A stretch of DNA of 64,000 bases from assembly GCA_900317745.1 (NCBI GenBank), contig ONHW01000010.1:911-64910 (forward strand), read 5' to 3'. Each line of letters opens with the position of its first letter. The stretch's first letter is position 1. Below, piece by piece: positions 34,339 through 45,559 of the stretch. The notes below the pieces were generated by a model. The model was given only the letters and a program-made list of their open reading frames with translations. It ran no database searches and was not told the origin of the DNA. The position numbers were made by a program, and so were the translations under genes. The stretch is from an uncultured Bacteroidales bacterium. GTDB taxonomy: Bacteria; Bacteroidota; Bacteroidia; Bacteroidales; Paludibacteraceae.

Positions 34339-37152
34339 TTAAGCGAAGCGGGCAACCAGGTTGCGGTCGCCAAAGCCGTTGTCCACCTTTGCTACCGGCA
34401 CGAAGAACTTGTTGGCAGCCACTTCGGCTGTCGGGTAAATAGCCTTAGAACGCGGATAACTATGTTTCCACTCGTCAGCGACTGCCTCATATTCAGGGTG
34501 TGGCGCGTTAATAAGTACGTTGTCTTTAGCATCGGCTACACCTTTCTCCACCTCATCAATCTCCTGCCGGATACTGAGCATAGCAGCGATGAAACGGTCA
34601 AGTTCAGCCAGTGACTCACTCTCGGTCGGCTCTACCATCAGTGTCCCGTGTACCGGGAAAGACAGTGTAGGTGCATGGTAGCCGTAATCCATCAGTCGTT
34701 TGGCAATCTCTGACTCGGTTATACCAAAGGCGTGGAACTTGCGGCAGTCAAGAATCAGTTCGTGACCTACCCTGCCGTTGGCGCCTGTGTAAACAATGCC
34801 GTAAGCATCCTTTAGTTTGGCTGCAAGGTAATTGGCTGAAAGAATAGCAGCCGCTGTTGCCTCGCGCAACCCTTCGCCGCCCATCATACTGATGTAGCCG
34901 TACGCAATGAGTGACATATTGGCATTGCCATAGGCTGCCGATGATACACGGTTAGCATCATCTGTTGGCAGATAATCCTTGAGACGCGCATTGCAGCACA
35001 CGGCACCTGCACCCGGTCCGCCACCGCCGTGAGGCGAAGCAAACGTCTTGTGCAGATTCAAGTGACACACATCCGCTCCGATGAATGCCGGACAGGTATA
35101 ACCTATCTGCGCGTTCATGTTTGCACCATCCATATATACCAGTCCGCCGTTGTCATGGATGATTTGGCACATTTCGCGGATAGCGCTCTCAAAGATACCG
35201 TGAGTAGAAGGATATGTAATCATGCAGCCTGCCAATCTATCTTTGTTCTCTTCCGCCTTGGCGCGCCAATCCTGCATATCGGTGTTGCCTTGCTCATCGC
35301 ACTTGACCACAACAGGCTCAAATCCAGCCTGCACGCATGATGCAGGGTTCGTACCGTGGGCTGAAGCGGGAATAAGTAGCACTTTGCGTTCGGGAGCATG
35401 TTGTGCCAGCCAGGCACGTATAACCACCAAGCCCGTATATTCGCCTGCCGCACCGGATGTAGGCTGCAATGTGCAAGCGTCAAAGCCGGTTATTTGGCAA
35501 AGCATCTTTTTCAGTTCTTCCTCGATTTGAATATATCCTTGTGCCTGCTCCTGCGGAACCATTGGATGGATAGACAAAAATCCCGGGAAAGTGATTGGCA
35601 GCATTGCCGAAGCAGGATTAAGTTTCATTGTACATGAGCCAAGCGGAATCATGGAGTGCGTGAGGCTGATATCTTTGCGAGCCAAACGGTGCATGTACCG
35701 CATCATCTCGGTTTCTGTGTGGTATTTTTGGAAGACATCGGCCTTCAGATAATCCGCTTCGCGTACACGGCTTTCGTCAATTGCCCACAAGCCTTCAAAC
35801 GCCGATTCGTCATCTATAGGCATAGCCATGCCGCCCGCTAAGCCGGCAAACAGTTCCGCCAAATCGTTCATGTCGTTTAGAGTAACCGTCTCGTCCAACG
35901 ACAATCCTACCCATCCTTCGGGAGCATAATACAGGTTGATCTCCGATTCCTCGGCAGCAGCCTTCAAATCGGCTATGCTCACGTTCTCAGGCAGATAGAT
36001 CTTCAGCGTGTCAAAGAACTCAACATTCTCCTGCGTATAGCCGTATGCCTGTAGCATCTCGCTCAGGTAAACTGCCTTGCCATGAATGGTCTCGGCTATC
36101 TTGCGCAAACCTTCCGCTCCGTGATACTCGGCGTAGAACGCCACCATCATTGCGGACAGTGCTTCGGCAGTACAGATGTTCGATGTGGCTTTCTCGCGTT
36201 TGATATGCTGCTCGCGGGTCTGCAATGCCAGGCGGTAAGCTGGACGCTCATACATGTCCTTCGACAAGCCTATGATTCGTCCCGGCAGTTCGCGTTTGTA
36301 TTCATCGCGTGTAGCCATATATCCTGCGGTCGGTCCACCAAAGCCCATCGGCAGTCCGAAGCGCTGCGCTGTGCCGCAGATGATATCGGCATCCAGCGGT
36401 CTGAGCAGACATAAAGCCATAAGGTCGGCAATCACTGCAACCTTCAATCCGGCAGCGTGGCAGTCTTCAGCAAAGAGTGTGTAATCTTCGATAGATCCAT
36501 CAGCATTAGGCAACTGCACGATAGCACCGAAAAATTCAGGTGATGGAGTGAATGCCGCATAATCACCGATCACCAGTTCTATACCTTGTCCGAGCGCGCG
36601 CGTGCGCATTACAGATAAGGTATTGGGGAAGATCTTGGCATCAACGAACACTTTCTTCACGTCATCTTTCACCTGCTGGCGGCTACGCAAGTTTCGCATC
36701 ATCATTACCGCTTCGGCGGCAGCCGTTGCCTCATCCAGCAGCGAGCAGTTGGCGAGCGGCAGACCTGTCAGGTCGCTGATAAGTGTCTGGAAGGCAAACA
36801 ACGCCTCCAACCTACCCTGCGAAATCTCTGCCTGATACGGCGTATAGGAGGTGTACCACACCGGGTTCTCCAACACATTACGCGTGATTACTGACGGAGT
36901 GAGCGTTCCGTACCAACCGCGACCGATATACGTGCGCCATAATTGGTTTTGCGCTTGCAAGTCATGCATCGAATCGAGGTGCTCCTGTTCGGTCATTGCC
37001 TCTATCTTCGGACGTTGGTCCTCCGGCAGCAATATATCTGCCGGCATGGTCTGACGAATCAGTTCCTGCTCGTCAGTAACACCGATGGTTTGTAACATGA
37101 GTCGTTTGTCGGCTTCACTCAGCCCGATGTGACGGTTTACCAGATTGTTCAT
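34339..37152 (-). CDS. gcvP: Glycine dehydrogenase (aminomethyl-transferring), glycine cleavage P protein
   Basis: 937 aa. YTPYQAEISQGRLEA and the PLP-lysine region NLHKTFASPHGGGGPG. Confidence 0.95.
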   Translation of the reverse strand: MNNLVNRHIGLSEADKRLMLQTIGVTDEQELIRQTMPADILLPEDQRPKIEAMTEQEHLDSMHDLQAQNQLWRTYIGRGWYGTLTPSVITRNVLENPVWYTSYTPYQAEISQGRLEALFAFQTLISDLTGLPLANCSLLDEATAAAEAVMMMRNLRSRQQVKDDVKKVFVDAKIFPNTLSVMRTRALGQGIELVIGDYAAFTPSPEFFGAIVQLPNADGSIEDYTLFAEDCHAAGLKVAVIADLMALCLLRPLDADIICGTAQRFGLPMGFGGPTAGYMATRDEYKRELPGRIIGLSKDMYERPAYRLALQTREQHIKREKATSNICTAEALSAMMVAFYAEYHGAEGLRKIAETIHGKAVYLSEMLQAYGYTQENVEFFDTLKIYLPENVSIADLKAAAEESEINLYYAPEGWVGLSLDETVTLNDMNDLAELFAGLAGGMAMPIDDESAFEGLWAIDESRVREADYLKADVFQKYHTETEMMRYMHRLARKDISLTHSMIPLGSCTMKLNPASAMLPITFPGFLSIHPMVPQEQAQGYIQIEEELKKMLCQITGFDACTLQPTSGAAGEYTGLVVIRAWLAQHAPERKVLLIPASAHGTNPASCVQAGFEPVVVKCDEQGNTDMQDWRAKAEENKDRLAGCMITYPSTHGIFESAIREMCQIIHDNGGLVYMDGANMNAQIGYTCPAFIGADVCHLNLHKTFASPHGGGGPGAGAVCCNARLKDYLPTDDANRVSSAAYGNANMSLIAYGYISMMGGEGLREATAAAILSANYLAAKLKDAYGIVYTGANGRVGHELILDCRKFHAFGITESEIAKRLMDYGYHAPTLSFPVHGTLMVEPTESESLAELDRFIAAMLSIRQEIDEVEKGVADAKDNVLINAPHPEYEAVADEWKHSYPRSKAIYPTAEVAANKFFVPVAKVDNGFGDRNLVARFA

Positions 37153-37228
37153 TATGATTTTTGATTATAAGGTTTCTTTATAATTGTTTTAGATAGATTT
37201 GTGGATGCCAAAAGAAAACAGAAATCAT

Positions 37229-38938
37229 TTATTTGTCGTGTTTTTTCTCATATATCGCCTCCTCAACATTGATGATGTAGTCACCCATCTTCTCGAACTC
37301 GGAGATCGTATCCATATAGTTGACACCTGTCAGGTAGTCATATACATGCCCTGTTACGTTCAGCGTATTTTCGGCTTTCAGATCGTCGCGGAAGTTGTTT
37401 ATTTCCGTTTCAATACGCATCATCTCCACGAACTCGCTGTCGGAGATATGTACTTTATCCAACGCCTCTACCATCTTGTTCGCTGCCTGTGCGAGCAGCG
37501 ATTCCATCATTTCGATATTGCGGTTCTGCTCCTCGGTGTATGGCAGTCGGTCACGATGACGGTAAGAGATGTAACGCGAGAGGTTGAAGTTGGCATCACC
37601 TACCGACTCCAACTCGCTGACTATACGTAACATCTTGTGCACCTCATGCTTTGATTGGTCGGACAGACGTCCGTCAGCAACCTGATTGAGGTATGCAGCA
37701 ATCTCAACCTCCATACGGTCACATATTCCTTCATACTTCTCTATTCGGGAATAGATCTTCACAAAATCCTGTTCCTCGTTGGTATGGAATAGGTCGCTTA
37801 CCATATCTATCATCCTGCGCGTGCGCACGCCGAACACGTGTACCTCATGCCATGCTTGCATGATGGAGAGCTCGGACGTGGACATCAAACCACCGGTAAT
37901 GAACTTGAGTGTCGAATCCTCGTCGCCCTCCGGCTTTGACGGGATAATCACACAAACTAACTTCTCCAACAACGGAATAAAACCAATCAGAATACAGGTG
38001 TTAATTACGTTGAACATCGTGTGGAACGTAGCCAGAATGGCACTCAGTTTCTCCGGTGACAGTCCGTTCTCGGGACGTACACCCGGCTCAAACGGTATAC
38101 CCCACAGCTTGCAAACTAATCCTACAAACGGGCGGAAAACAATCAGCACCCAAATAACGCCGAACAAGTTGAATACCAAGTGCGCCATAGCTGCACGGCG
38201 TGCTTGTACGGAGGCGGATAGTGCCACGATGTTAGAGGTGATAGTCGTACCGATGTTCTCACCAAGCACCAGCGATATACCCATATCTATCGGCAGTACG
38301 CCTACCGAGCACAAGGTCATCGTGATTGCCATGATGGCTGCTGACGACTGTACGGCAAATGTCAGTATACCGCCAACCAACAAGTACAGGAAGTAACTGC
38401 CATATCCCCAACTCGATGTTGAGTCAAAGAACGTGCGAACTGCATCAATCTGGTCGAGTTTCATCTCGGTAGCGTTGATCTTCAGAGTAGTTAAACCCAG
38501 TAGCATCAACGACAAACCGATCAGAAAATCACCCAGGTTGGCGTTCTTTTTTGTGTAAATAAGTGCTACAGCCAATACGATGGTTGCATACACCACCAGT
38601 CGCATATCGAACGAGCTGCCGCCCAAAACCATAATCCATGCCGTGAACGTCGTTCCGATATTCGCACCCATAATTACGGATATAGCCTGCGCCAGCGACA
38701 ATATTCCTGCTGACACAAAACTGACCGTCATCACCGTTGTGGCGGTGGATGACTGTACGGCCGCAGTAATAAACGCACCTGTCAGTACACCCGAGAAACG
38801 ATTGGTGGTCATCGTACCGAGCACATTGCTCAGTTTGCTACCTGCCATCTTTTGCAGGCCCTCACTCATCACCTTCATTCCGTACATGAGCATCGCTACG
38901 GAACCGATAAGAGTGATAATCTGTAGAAGTAATTGCAT
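37229..38938 (-). CDS. Na/Pi cotransporter family protein with PhoU-like C-terminal domain
   Basis: Start MQLLLQIITLIGSVAMLMYGMKVMSEGLQK. The 43 upstream codons of ORF ..39067 cover the promoter region and were dropped. Duplicated GANIGTT / GENIGTT motifs. Confidence 0.85.
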   Translation of the reverse strand: MQLLLQIITLIGSVAMLMYGMKVMSEGLQKMAGSKLSNVLGTMTTNRFSGVLTGAFITAAVQSSTATTVMTVSFVSAGILSLAQAISVIMGANIGTTFTAWIMVLGGSSFDMRLVVYATIVLAVALIYTKKNANLGDFLIGLSLMLLGLTTLKINATEMKLDQIDAVRTFFDSTSSWGYGSYFLYLLVGGILTFAVQSSAAIMAITMTLCSVGVLPIDMGISLVLGENIGTTITSNIVALSASVQARRAAMAHLVFNLFGVIWVLIVFRPFVGLVCKLWGIPFEPGVRPENGLSPEKLSAILATFHTMFNVINTCILIGFIPLLEKLVCVIIPSKPEGDEDSTLKFITGGLMSTSELSIMQAWHEVHVFGVRTRRMIDMVSDLFHTNEEQDFVKIYSRIEKYEGICDRMEVEIAAYLNQVADGRLSDQSKHEVHKMLRIVSELESVGDANFNLSRYISYRHRDRLPYTEEQNRNIEMMESLLAQAANKMVEALDKVHISDSEFVEMMRIETEINNFRDDLKAENTLNVTGHVYDYLTGVNYMDTISEFEKMGDYIINVEEAIYEKKHDK

Positions 38939-38977
38939 ATATTGAGTCTTTTTACACTGTATGCACAATTGGCGGTA

Positions 38978-38985
38978 CAAAGGTA
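38978..38985 (-). promoter_or_regulatory. -7 box TACCTTTG for the Na/Pi cotransporter gene
   Basis: The minus strand reads TTTTTTTTTTGTACCTTTGTACC about 40 nt upstream of the ATG at 38938. Confidence 0.45.
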
Positions 38986-39077
38986 CAAAAAAAAAATGAC
39001 ATTTGCAAGCATATTCGCATTTTTTACATAAAAACTTTTTTTTCTCGTAAAAATTTGCATATTTCAATATTTTTTTG

Positions 39078-39085
39078 TATATTTG
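39078..39085 (+). promoter_or_regulatory. -7 box TATATTTG for recQ
   Basis: TTGCATATTTCAATATTTTTTTGTATATTTG at 39055-39085 is the third copy of the same promoter cassette. Confidence 0.45.
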
Positions 39086-39161
39086 CAGTCAGAAATCGTG
39101 AAAGACGCGTTTCTTGTTGTCTTTCTGCATTTTATACACAAGTCGATACATTATACTATAT

Positions 39162-41360
39162 ATGACCAGACACGAACAACTGATTGCTGCTTTGCAGCAT
39201 AATTTCGGATTTGATAATTTCAAGGGGAACCAAGAAGCTATCATCAACAACGTGATGGACGGCAACAACACCTTTGTGCTGATGCCTACCGGCGGTGGCA
39301 AGAGTCTGTGCTACCAACTTCCGGCGTTGATGATGGAGGGTGTGGCGATTATCATATCGCCGCTGATTGCACTGATGAAGAATCAGGTGGATGCTATGCG
39401 CAGTTATTATGACGAGGACAGCATAGCCCACTTTATCAACTCCTCACTCTCGCGGCCGGAGATTCATGCCGTGCACGAAGATATCATCAACGGCAAAACA
39501 AAACTGCTGTACATGGCACCCGAGGGACTGCAGAAACCCGAGAATGTGGAATTACTGCAGGGAGTGAAAGTTAGCTTCTATGCTATCGATGAAGCACACT
39601 GTATTTCCGAATGGGGACACGATTTCCGTCCCGAATACAGAAATATCCGCCCGCTTGTCGAGAAGATCGGCTCTGCGCCGATTATCGCCCTTACCGCTAC
39701 CGCTACTCCCAAAGTACAACAGGATATTCAGAAGAATCTTCAGATCAGTGACGCCACCGTATTCAAGAGCTCGTTCAACCGTCCTAACCTGTATTACGAA
39801 GTTCGTCCAAAGACCGCAGATGTCAACAAGGATCTTGTGCGCTTCATCAAACAGATGGAGGGCAAATCCGGTATAGTATATTGTATGGCGCGCAAGGAGG
39901 TTGAGTCGCTCGCGCAGATTCTGCAGGTGAACAATATCTCCGCTCTGCCCTATCATGCAGGTATGGATACGGAGGAACGAAGCAAGAATCAGGACGCTTT
40001 TCTGATGGAAAAATGTCAGGTCATTGTGGCCACCATCGCATTCGGTATGGGTATCGACAAGCCGGATGTGCGCTTTGTTGTACACTACGATGTACCCAAG
40101 TCGCTGGAGGGATATTATCAGGAGACCGGTCGTGCCGGACGTGACGGAGGTGAAGGACGTTGTCTGTGCTTCTACTCGCCGAAAGATATCGAAAGACTAC
40201 GTAACTTCCAGCAGGACAAGAGCCGCCAGGACAACAACATGCAGGAGGCGGAGATCACCAACCAGCTGTTGGCTGAAACGCAGCAGTACATGGAATCCTC
40301 CACATGCCGCAGACGGTTGTTGCTGCACTATTTCGGCGAGAAGTATCCGCAGGAGAACTGCGGTTGCTGCGACAACTGTAATAAGGTATTCAAGCAGTAT
40401 GATGCCACCGAACTGCTCGGGCTGGCAATCGAAACCGTACAAGATTGCAACGAGCGTTTCAAACCCGAACATATTGTGGACATCCTGCACGGCAACAAAA
40501 CACCGGATGTACTCGCCTTCCAGCACGATGAACTGGAGAATTTCGGCATAGCATCCGATGAGGAAGAAGAACTGCTGAACGCCATCATGAAGGAAGCCAT
40601 GATTCACGGCTATCTGGAGAAGGATATGACTACTTACGGTAGTGTACATGTCACACCGCAAGGCAAGAAGTTCCTGCGCAAACCTACCAAGTTCGAGATT
40701 CCTATCGAGGTCATTGACGAAGATGCCGAGGAGAACATCGAGCAGAACATGATCGGTTCTTCGGCGGCAGATACCGAGTTGTACAGCATACTCAAGGATC
40801 TGCGCAAGAAAGTCGGAAAGATGCACGATGTTCCGCCATACGTGATCTTCCAGGATCCCAGCTTGGAAGCCATGGCTACGTTCTATCCTATCACGATGGA
40901 GGAACTGCAGAACATCCCGGGTGTAGGTGCGGGCAAAGCCAAACGATATGGCAGCGAGTTCCTGAAGGTTATCAAGGAGTATGTCGATGAGAACGAGATT
41001 ATCCGTCCCGAGGACCTGCGCGTCAAAACCGTAGCGCACAAGTCCGCACACAAAGTGGCTATCATCGAGGCTATCGACCGTCGTATAGCAATCGATGATC
41101 TGGCTATACGTTTCGGCATGTCGATGGAGGAGATCGTCAAGGAGATTGAGGCTATCGTCTATTCCGGCACCAAGTTGAACATCCGCTATTTCCTCGAAGA
41201 GGTGATCGACGCTGATGCTATCGAAGAGATATTCGACTATTTCAAGCACGCCGAGAATGATAACATCAAACTTGCCATGCAGGAACTGGGTGAAGATTAT
41301 TACACCGAGATTGAGGTGCGACTCGTTCGTATTCAGTTCCACAGCGATCTGGGCAATTAA
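39162..41360 (+). CDS. recQ: ATP-dependent DNA helicase RecQ
   Basis: Start MTRHEQLIAALQHNFGFDNFKGNQ. LMPTGGGKSLCYQLPAL, AIDEAHCISEWGHDFRPEY, a zinc-binding CRR..LL.YFGE...C..CDNC, and an HRDC-like C-terminus. Confidence 0.9.
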   Translation: MTRHEQLIAALQHNFGFDNFKGNQEAIINNVMDGNNTFVLMPTGGGKSLCYQLPALMMEGVAIIISPLIALMKNQVDAMRSYYDEDSIAHFINSSLSRPEIHAVHEDIINGKTKLLYMAPEGLQKPENVELLQGVKVSFYAIDEAHCISEWGHDFRPEYRNIRPLVEKIGSAPIIALTATATPKVQQDIQKNLQISDATVFKSSFNRPNLYYEVRPKTADVNKDLVRFIKQMEGKSGIVYCMARKEVESLAQILQVNNISALPYHAGMDTEERSKNQDAFLMEKCQVIVATIAFGMGIDKPDVRFVVHYDVPKSLEGYYQETGRAGRDGGEGRCLCFYSPKDIERLRNFQQDKSRQDNNMQEAEITNQLLAETQQYMESSTCRRRLLLHYFGEKYPQENCGCCDNCNKVFKQYDATELLGLAIETVQDCNERFKPEHIVDILHGNKTPDVLAFQHDELENFGIASDEEEELLNAIMKEAMIHGYLEKDMTTYGSVHVTPQGKKFLRKPTKFEIPIEVIDEDAEENIEQNMIGSSAADTELYSILKDLRKKVGKMHDVPPYVIFQDPSLEAMATFYPITMEELQNIPGVGAGKAKRYGSEFLKVIKEYVDENEIIRPEDLRVKTVAHKSAHKVAIIEAIDRRIAIDDLAIRFGMSMEEIVKEIEAIVYSGTKLNIRYFLEEVIDADAIEEIFDYFKHAENDNIKLAMQELGEDYYTEIEVRLVRIQFHSDLGN

Positions 41361-41406
41361 ATGGTGAACGCACACATAAATCGAAATAATAAACAATATT
41401 AATAAT

Positions 41407-42969
41407 ATGGAATTATCAGAACAAGAACAAGTACGCCGGCAGAGTTTGCAAGCATTGCGTGATCTGGGGATCAATCCCTACCCTGCGGCGGAATATCAGG
41501 TAACAGGTTATTCATCGGACATCAAGGCGGCGTTTGTTGACCGCGAAGAAGGTGCTCCCGAACCTGACTCCGAGTGGTACACCGGCAAGCCTGTCAGTAT
41601 TGCCGGACGACTGATGTCAAAGCGAATCATGGGCAAAGCCTCGTTCATCGAGTTGCAGGACTCGAAAGGACGTATTCAGGTCTATGTCAGCCGTGATGAT
41701 ATACAAGCACCTGTACCCGAAGGCGAACAACCTACAACGCCCGAACAGCAGATGTACAACACCGTGTTCAAGAAACTGCTGGACATTGGCGACTTTATCG
41801 GCATTGAGGGCTTTGTGTTCCGCACCCAGATGGGTGAGATCAGTGTGCATGCCAAGAAGCTCACCGTGCTCGCCAAGAGTATTCGCCCGCTGCCTATCGT
41901 CAAGTACAAGGACGGTGTGGCATACGACGGATTCAACGATCCCGAGCAGCGCTATCGTCAGCGTTACGTCGATCTGGTCGTCAACGATGGCATTAAAGAT
42001 ACGTTCCTCAAACGCGCCACTATCCTGCGTACCATGCGCCAGGTGTTTGACGAAGCGGGTTACACGGAGGTTGAAACACCAATTCTGCAACCCATAGCAG
42101 GCGGAGCAAGTGCTCGCCCGTTCATCACGCACCATAACACGCTCGACGTGGATATGTACCTGCGTATAGCTACCGAACTCTACCTCAAGCGACTTATCGT
42201 TGGCGGATTTGAGGGCGTGTATGAGATCGGACGTAACTTCCGCAACGAAGGTATGGATCGCAGCCACAACCCCGAGTTCACATGTATGGAGTTGTACGTC
42301 CAGTACAAAGACTACAACTGGATGATGTCGTTCACCGAGCAACTGCTCGAGAAGATTGCCATCGCTGTCAACGGCACAACCAAAGTTCAGATCGGTGACC
42401 ACGAGGTTGATTTCAAAGCGCCCTATCGCCGCCTGCCTATCCTGGATGCTATCAAGGAGCAGACCGGCAAGGATGTAGCCGCCATGACGGAAGAGGAACT
42501 GCGCGCGTTTGCCAAGACTCTCGGCGTAGAAGATACAGAGCACATGGGCAAAGGCAAACTTATTGACGAGATTTTCGGTGAGACCTGCGAGGGACAGTTC
42601 ATCCAGCCTACGTTCATCACCGATTATCCGGTGGAGATGTCACCGCTCACGAAGATGCACCGCAGCAAACCCGGACTGACCGAACGCTTCGAACTGATGG
42701 TCAACGGCAAAGAACTGGCTAACGCCTACTCGGAGCTCAACGACCCGATTGACCAATACGAGCGCTTTGTAGAGCAGATGAAACTTGCCGCCAAGGGTGA
42801 CGACGAAGCAATGGTGATCGACCATGACTTCGTGCGCGCGCTTGAATATGGTATGCCGCCCACATCCGGTATAGGCATAGGTATTGACCGACTGACAATG
42901 TTCATGACCGGCCAGCCCACCATTCAAGAGGTACTGCTCTTCCCCACCATGAAACCCGAAGCTAAATAA
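41407..42969 (+). CDS. lysS: Lysine--tRNA ligase (class II)
   Basis: OB-fold N-domain and class II motifs FRNEGMD and GIGIGIDRL. Confidence 0.95.
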   Translation: MELSEQEQVRRQSLQALRDLGINPYPAAEYQVTGYSSDIKAAFVDREEGAPEPDSEWYTGKPVSIAGRLMSKRIMGKASFIELQDSKGRIQVYVSRDDIQAPVPEGEQPTTPEQQMYNTVFKKLLDIGDFIGIEGFVFRTQMGEISVHAKKLTVLAKSIRPLPIVKYKDGVAYDGFNDPEQRYRQRYVDLVVNDGIKDTFLKRATILRTMRQVFDEAGYTEVETPILQPIAGGASARPFITHHNTLDVDMYLRIATELYLKRLIVGGFEGVYEIGRNFRNEGMDRSHNPEFTCMELYVQYKDYNWMMSFTEQLLEKIAIAVNGTTKVQIGDHEVDFKAPYRRLPILDAIKEQTGKDVAAMTEEELRAFAKTLGVEDTEHMGKGKLIDEIFGETCEGQFIQPTFITDYPVEMSPLTKMHRSKPGLTERFELMVNGKELANAYSELNDPIDQYERFVEQMKLAAKGDDEAMVIDHDFVRALEYGMPPTSGIGIGIDRLTMFMTGQPTIQEVLLFPTMKPEAK

Positions 42970-43054
42970 TAGGTTATTAATTTATTTTGAGCAGATTTGT
43001 GTTTTCTCGTAAGGAAGTTATGGTGACCATAATGACCGAACGAAAAACGCAAAG

Positions 43055-44074
43055 ATGCCAAAAGAAAATAATAAAATCATGTTTGAGAATAAAAAAGTAG
43101 CTATAGTAGGCGGCGGCAGTTGGGCTACGGCATTGGCAAAGATCGTGCTGACCAATGTCGATGAGATCAACTGGTTCATACGTCGTCCCGAGGTGATTGA
43201 GGAGTTCAAGCGAACGGGCAAGAACCCCACGTACCTCAACAGCACAACATTCGACATCAACCGTATTCATTTTACCGACGACATCAATATCGTCGTTCGT
43301 GACTCGGATATACTCATTTTGGCTATTCCCTCGCCCTACCTTGAGCCCACGCTCAAGAAGATCAAGCGTACCATGCGCCAGAAGATTATCATCTCGGCGG
43401 TGAAAGGAATGATCCCCGAGAAGAACCAGATCGTGACCGATTATCTGCACGAGCGCTTCAAGGTGCCCGAGGAAAACCTGTTGGTCATTGCCGGACCATG
43501 CCACGCCGAGGAAATCGCCTTGCAGCGACTGAGTTATCTTACTATCGGTTGCTCCGAACGCGCCAAGGCAGAAGAACTCGCGCCGCTGCTGCAAACATCA
43601 TACGTACGTACTGCCACATCCGTCGATGTTATCGGACTCGAATATACATCCGTCATGAAGAACATCTACTCCATTGCGGGAGGTATATGCCAGAGCCTGC
43701 GTTACGGCGACAATTTCCAGGCGGTACTCATCAGCAACGCACTGCAGGAGATCGAGCATTTCACGGCTGCACTCAGTTCGGTGCACCGCGACATCGATGC
43801 CAGCGGGTATCTGGGCGATGTACTTGTCACGGCGTACTCCAAGTTCAGCCGTAACCGCCAGTTCGGACAGATGATCGGCATGGGGTACTCGGTCAAAGCC
43901 GCACAACTCGAGATGGAAATGGTGGCAGAGGGCTATTATGGCACCTACTGTATCCATCACGCCAACGAGCGTCTGCATGTGCAACTGCCAATCGTGGATG
44001 CCATGTATGCCATCCTCTACGAGCACAAATCGCCATCGCTCGTTATTCAAGAATTAACAACACACTTACAGTAA
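43055..44074 (+). CDS. gpsA: NAD(P)H-dependent glycerol-3-phosphate dehydrogenase
   Basis: VAIVGGGSWATALA Rossmann motif and GPCHAEE. Confidence 0.9.
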   Translation: MPKENNKIMFENKKVAIVGGGSWATALAKIVLTNVDEINWFIRRPEVIEEFKRTGKNPTYLNSTTFDINRIHFTDDINIVVRDSDILILAIPSPYLEPTLKKIKRTMRQKIIISAVKGMIPEKNQIVTDYLHERFKVPEENLLVIAGPCHAEEIALQRLSYLTIGCSERAKAEELAPLLQTSYVRTATSVDVIGLEYTSVMKNIYSIAGGICQSLRYGDNFQAVLISNALQEIEHFTAALSSVHRDIDASGYLGDVLVTAYSKFSRNRQFGQMIGMGYSVKAAQLEMEMVAEGYYGTYCIHHANERLHVQLPIVDAMYAILYEHKSPSLVIQELTTHLQ

Positions 44075-44077
44075 TAT

Positions 44078-45418
44078 ATGAAACTGAATCTACAAAACGC
44101 TGCCTCGTTTGTTCCTGCAGGCAGCCTGAAAGCCATCGCTGCACAGACTGCAGCATGTAACGAACTTCTCGAGAACGGCCGTGGCGCCGGCAACGATTAC
44201 ATCGGTTGGGTAACACTGCCTGCCGAGATCGACAACGCACTGCTCAGCGACATTGAGGCTACTGCCAAACAACTCCGCGAGAACTGCGAGATCGTGGTCG
44301 TAGCAGGTATAGGCGGCTCATATCTGGGCGCACGCGCCGTGAACGAGGCACTGGCTTCCTCGTTCGACGCATATATGCCCCAGCGCAAGAATCCTATCGT
44401 GGTCTATGCCGGCAACAATATCGGCGAGGATTATCTGGCTGACCTTATGGCGCTGCTCAAAGGTCGCAAGTTCGGTATCATTAACATCTCCAAATCCGGC
44501 ACAACCACCGAGACCGCTCTCGCTTTCCGTCTGCTCAAGACAATGCTTGAGCAGCAGGTTGGCAAGGACGAAGCACGCAAACGTATCGTAGCCGTTACCG
44601 ACAAAGCCAAAGGTGCGCTCCGCTCGCTCGCTACCAAGGAGGGATACAAGACCTACGTTATTCCTGACAATGTTGGCGGTCGCTTCTCTGTCCTCACGCC
44701 GGTTGGTTTGCTGCCTATCGCTGTGGCAGGTTGGGACATTCGCGCTATCGTCAAGGGTGCACAGGATATGCAGAAAGCCACTGCTGCCAACGTGCCTTAC
44801 GAGCAGAACCCTGCTGCACAGTACGCCGCTATACGTAACGCTCTGCTCCAGTATGGCAAGACCACCGAGATCCTCGTTAACTTCAACCCGCGCCTGCACT
44901 ACTTTGCTGAGTGGTGGAAGCAACTCTACGGCGAGAGCGAGGGCAAGGACCACCTGGGCATTTTCCCGGCCAGTGTCGATTTCACCACCGATCTCCACTC
45001 CATGGGACAGTGGATCCAGGACGGCGAGCGCACCATCTTCGAGACCGTGCTCAGCGTGGGCGACCAGAAGCACAGCGTGGTCATTCCCAGTGACGCCGCC
45101 GACCTCGACGGACTCAACTACATCGCCGGACGCCGTGTGGACGAGGTGAACAAGATGGCCGAGCTGGGCACGCGCCTGGCCCATGTGGACGGCGGAGTGC
45201 CCAATCTGCTCATCACCATCCCCGCCCTCACCGAGCGCTACCTGGGCCAGCTCATCTACTTTTTTGAGCGCGCCTGCGGCATCAGCGGCTACGTTCTGGG
45301 CGTGAACCCGTTCAACCAGCCCGGCGTGGAGGCCTACAAGAAAAATATGTTCGCCCTGCTCAACAAGCCCGGCTACGAAGCCCAGAGTGCAGCCATCCAG
45401 GCCCGCCTCAAAGGCTGA
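44078..45418 (+). CDS. pgi: Glucose-6-phosphate isomerase
   Basis: [24 protein letters not shown] and [12 protein letters not shown]. Codon usage changes sharply near 44.9 kb (see findings). Confidence 0.9.
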   Translation: MKLNLQNAASFVPAGSLKAIAAQTAACNELLENGRGAGNDYIGWVTLPAEIDNALLSDIEATAKQLRENCEIVVVAGIGGSYLGARAVNEALASSFDAYMPQRKNPIVVYAGNNIGEDYLADLMALLKGRKFGIINISKSGTTTETALAFRLLKTMLEQQVGKDEARKRIVAVTDKAKGALRSLATKEGYKTYVIPDNVGGRFSVLTPVGLLPIAVAGWDIRAIVKGAQDMQKATAANVPYEQNPAAQYAAIRNALLQYGKTTEILVNFNPRLHYFAEWWKQLYGESEGKDHLGIFPASVDFTTDLHSMGQWIQDGERTIFETVLSVGDQKHSVVIPSDAADLDGLNYIAGRRVDEVNKMAELGTRLAHVDGGVPNLLITIPALTERYLGQLIYFFERACGISGYVLGVNPFNQPGVEAYKKNMFALLNKPGYEAQSAAIQARLKG

Positions 45419-45559
45419 CGCACCACCCCGCGGCGACGGGCTATCGTCCACAGCCGCCACGTCAATAACACACCCGGCCCGCCCTCCCTTCCCGGGGCCC
45501 GCCGGGTGTGGCATTCATGAGAGTAGAGTGGTTGAAATGAGATTGAAGAATCGTTTGCT

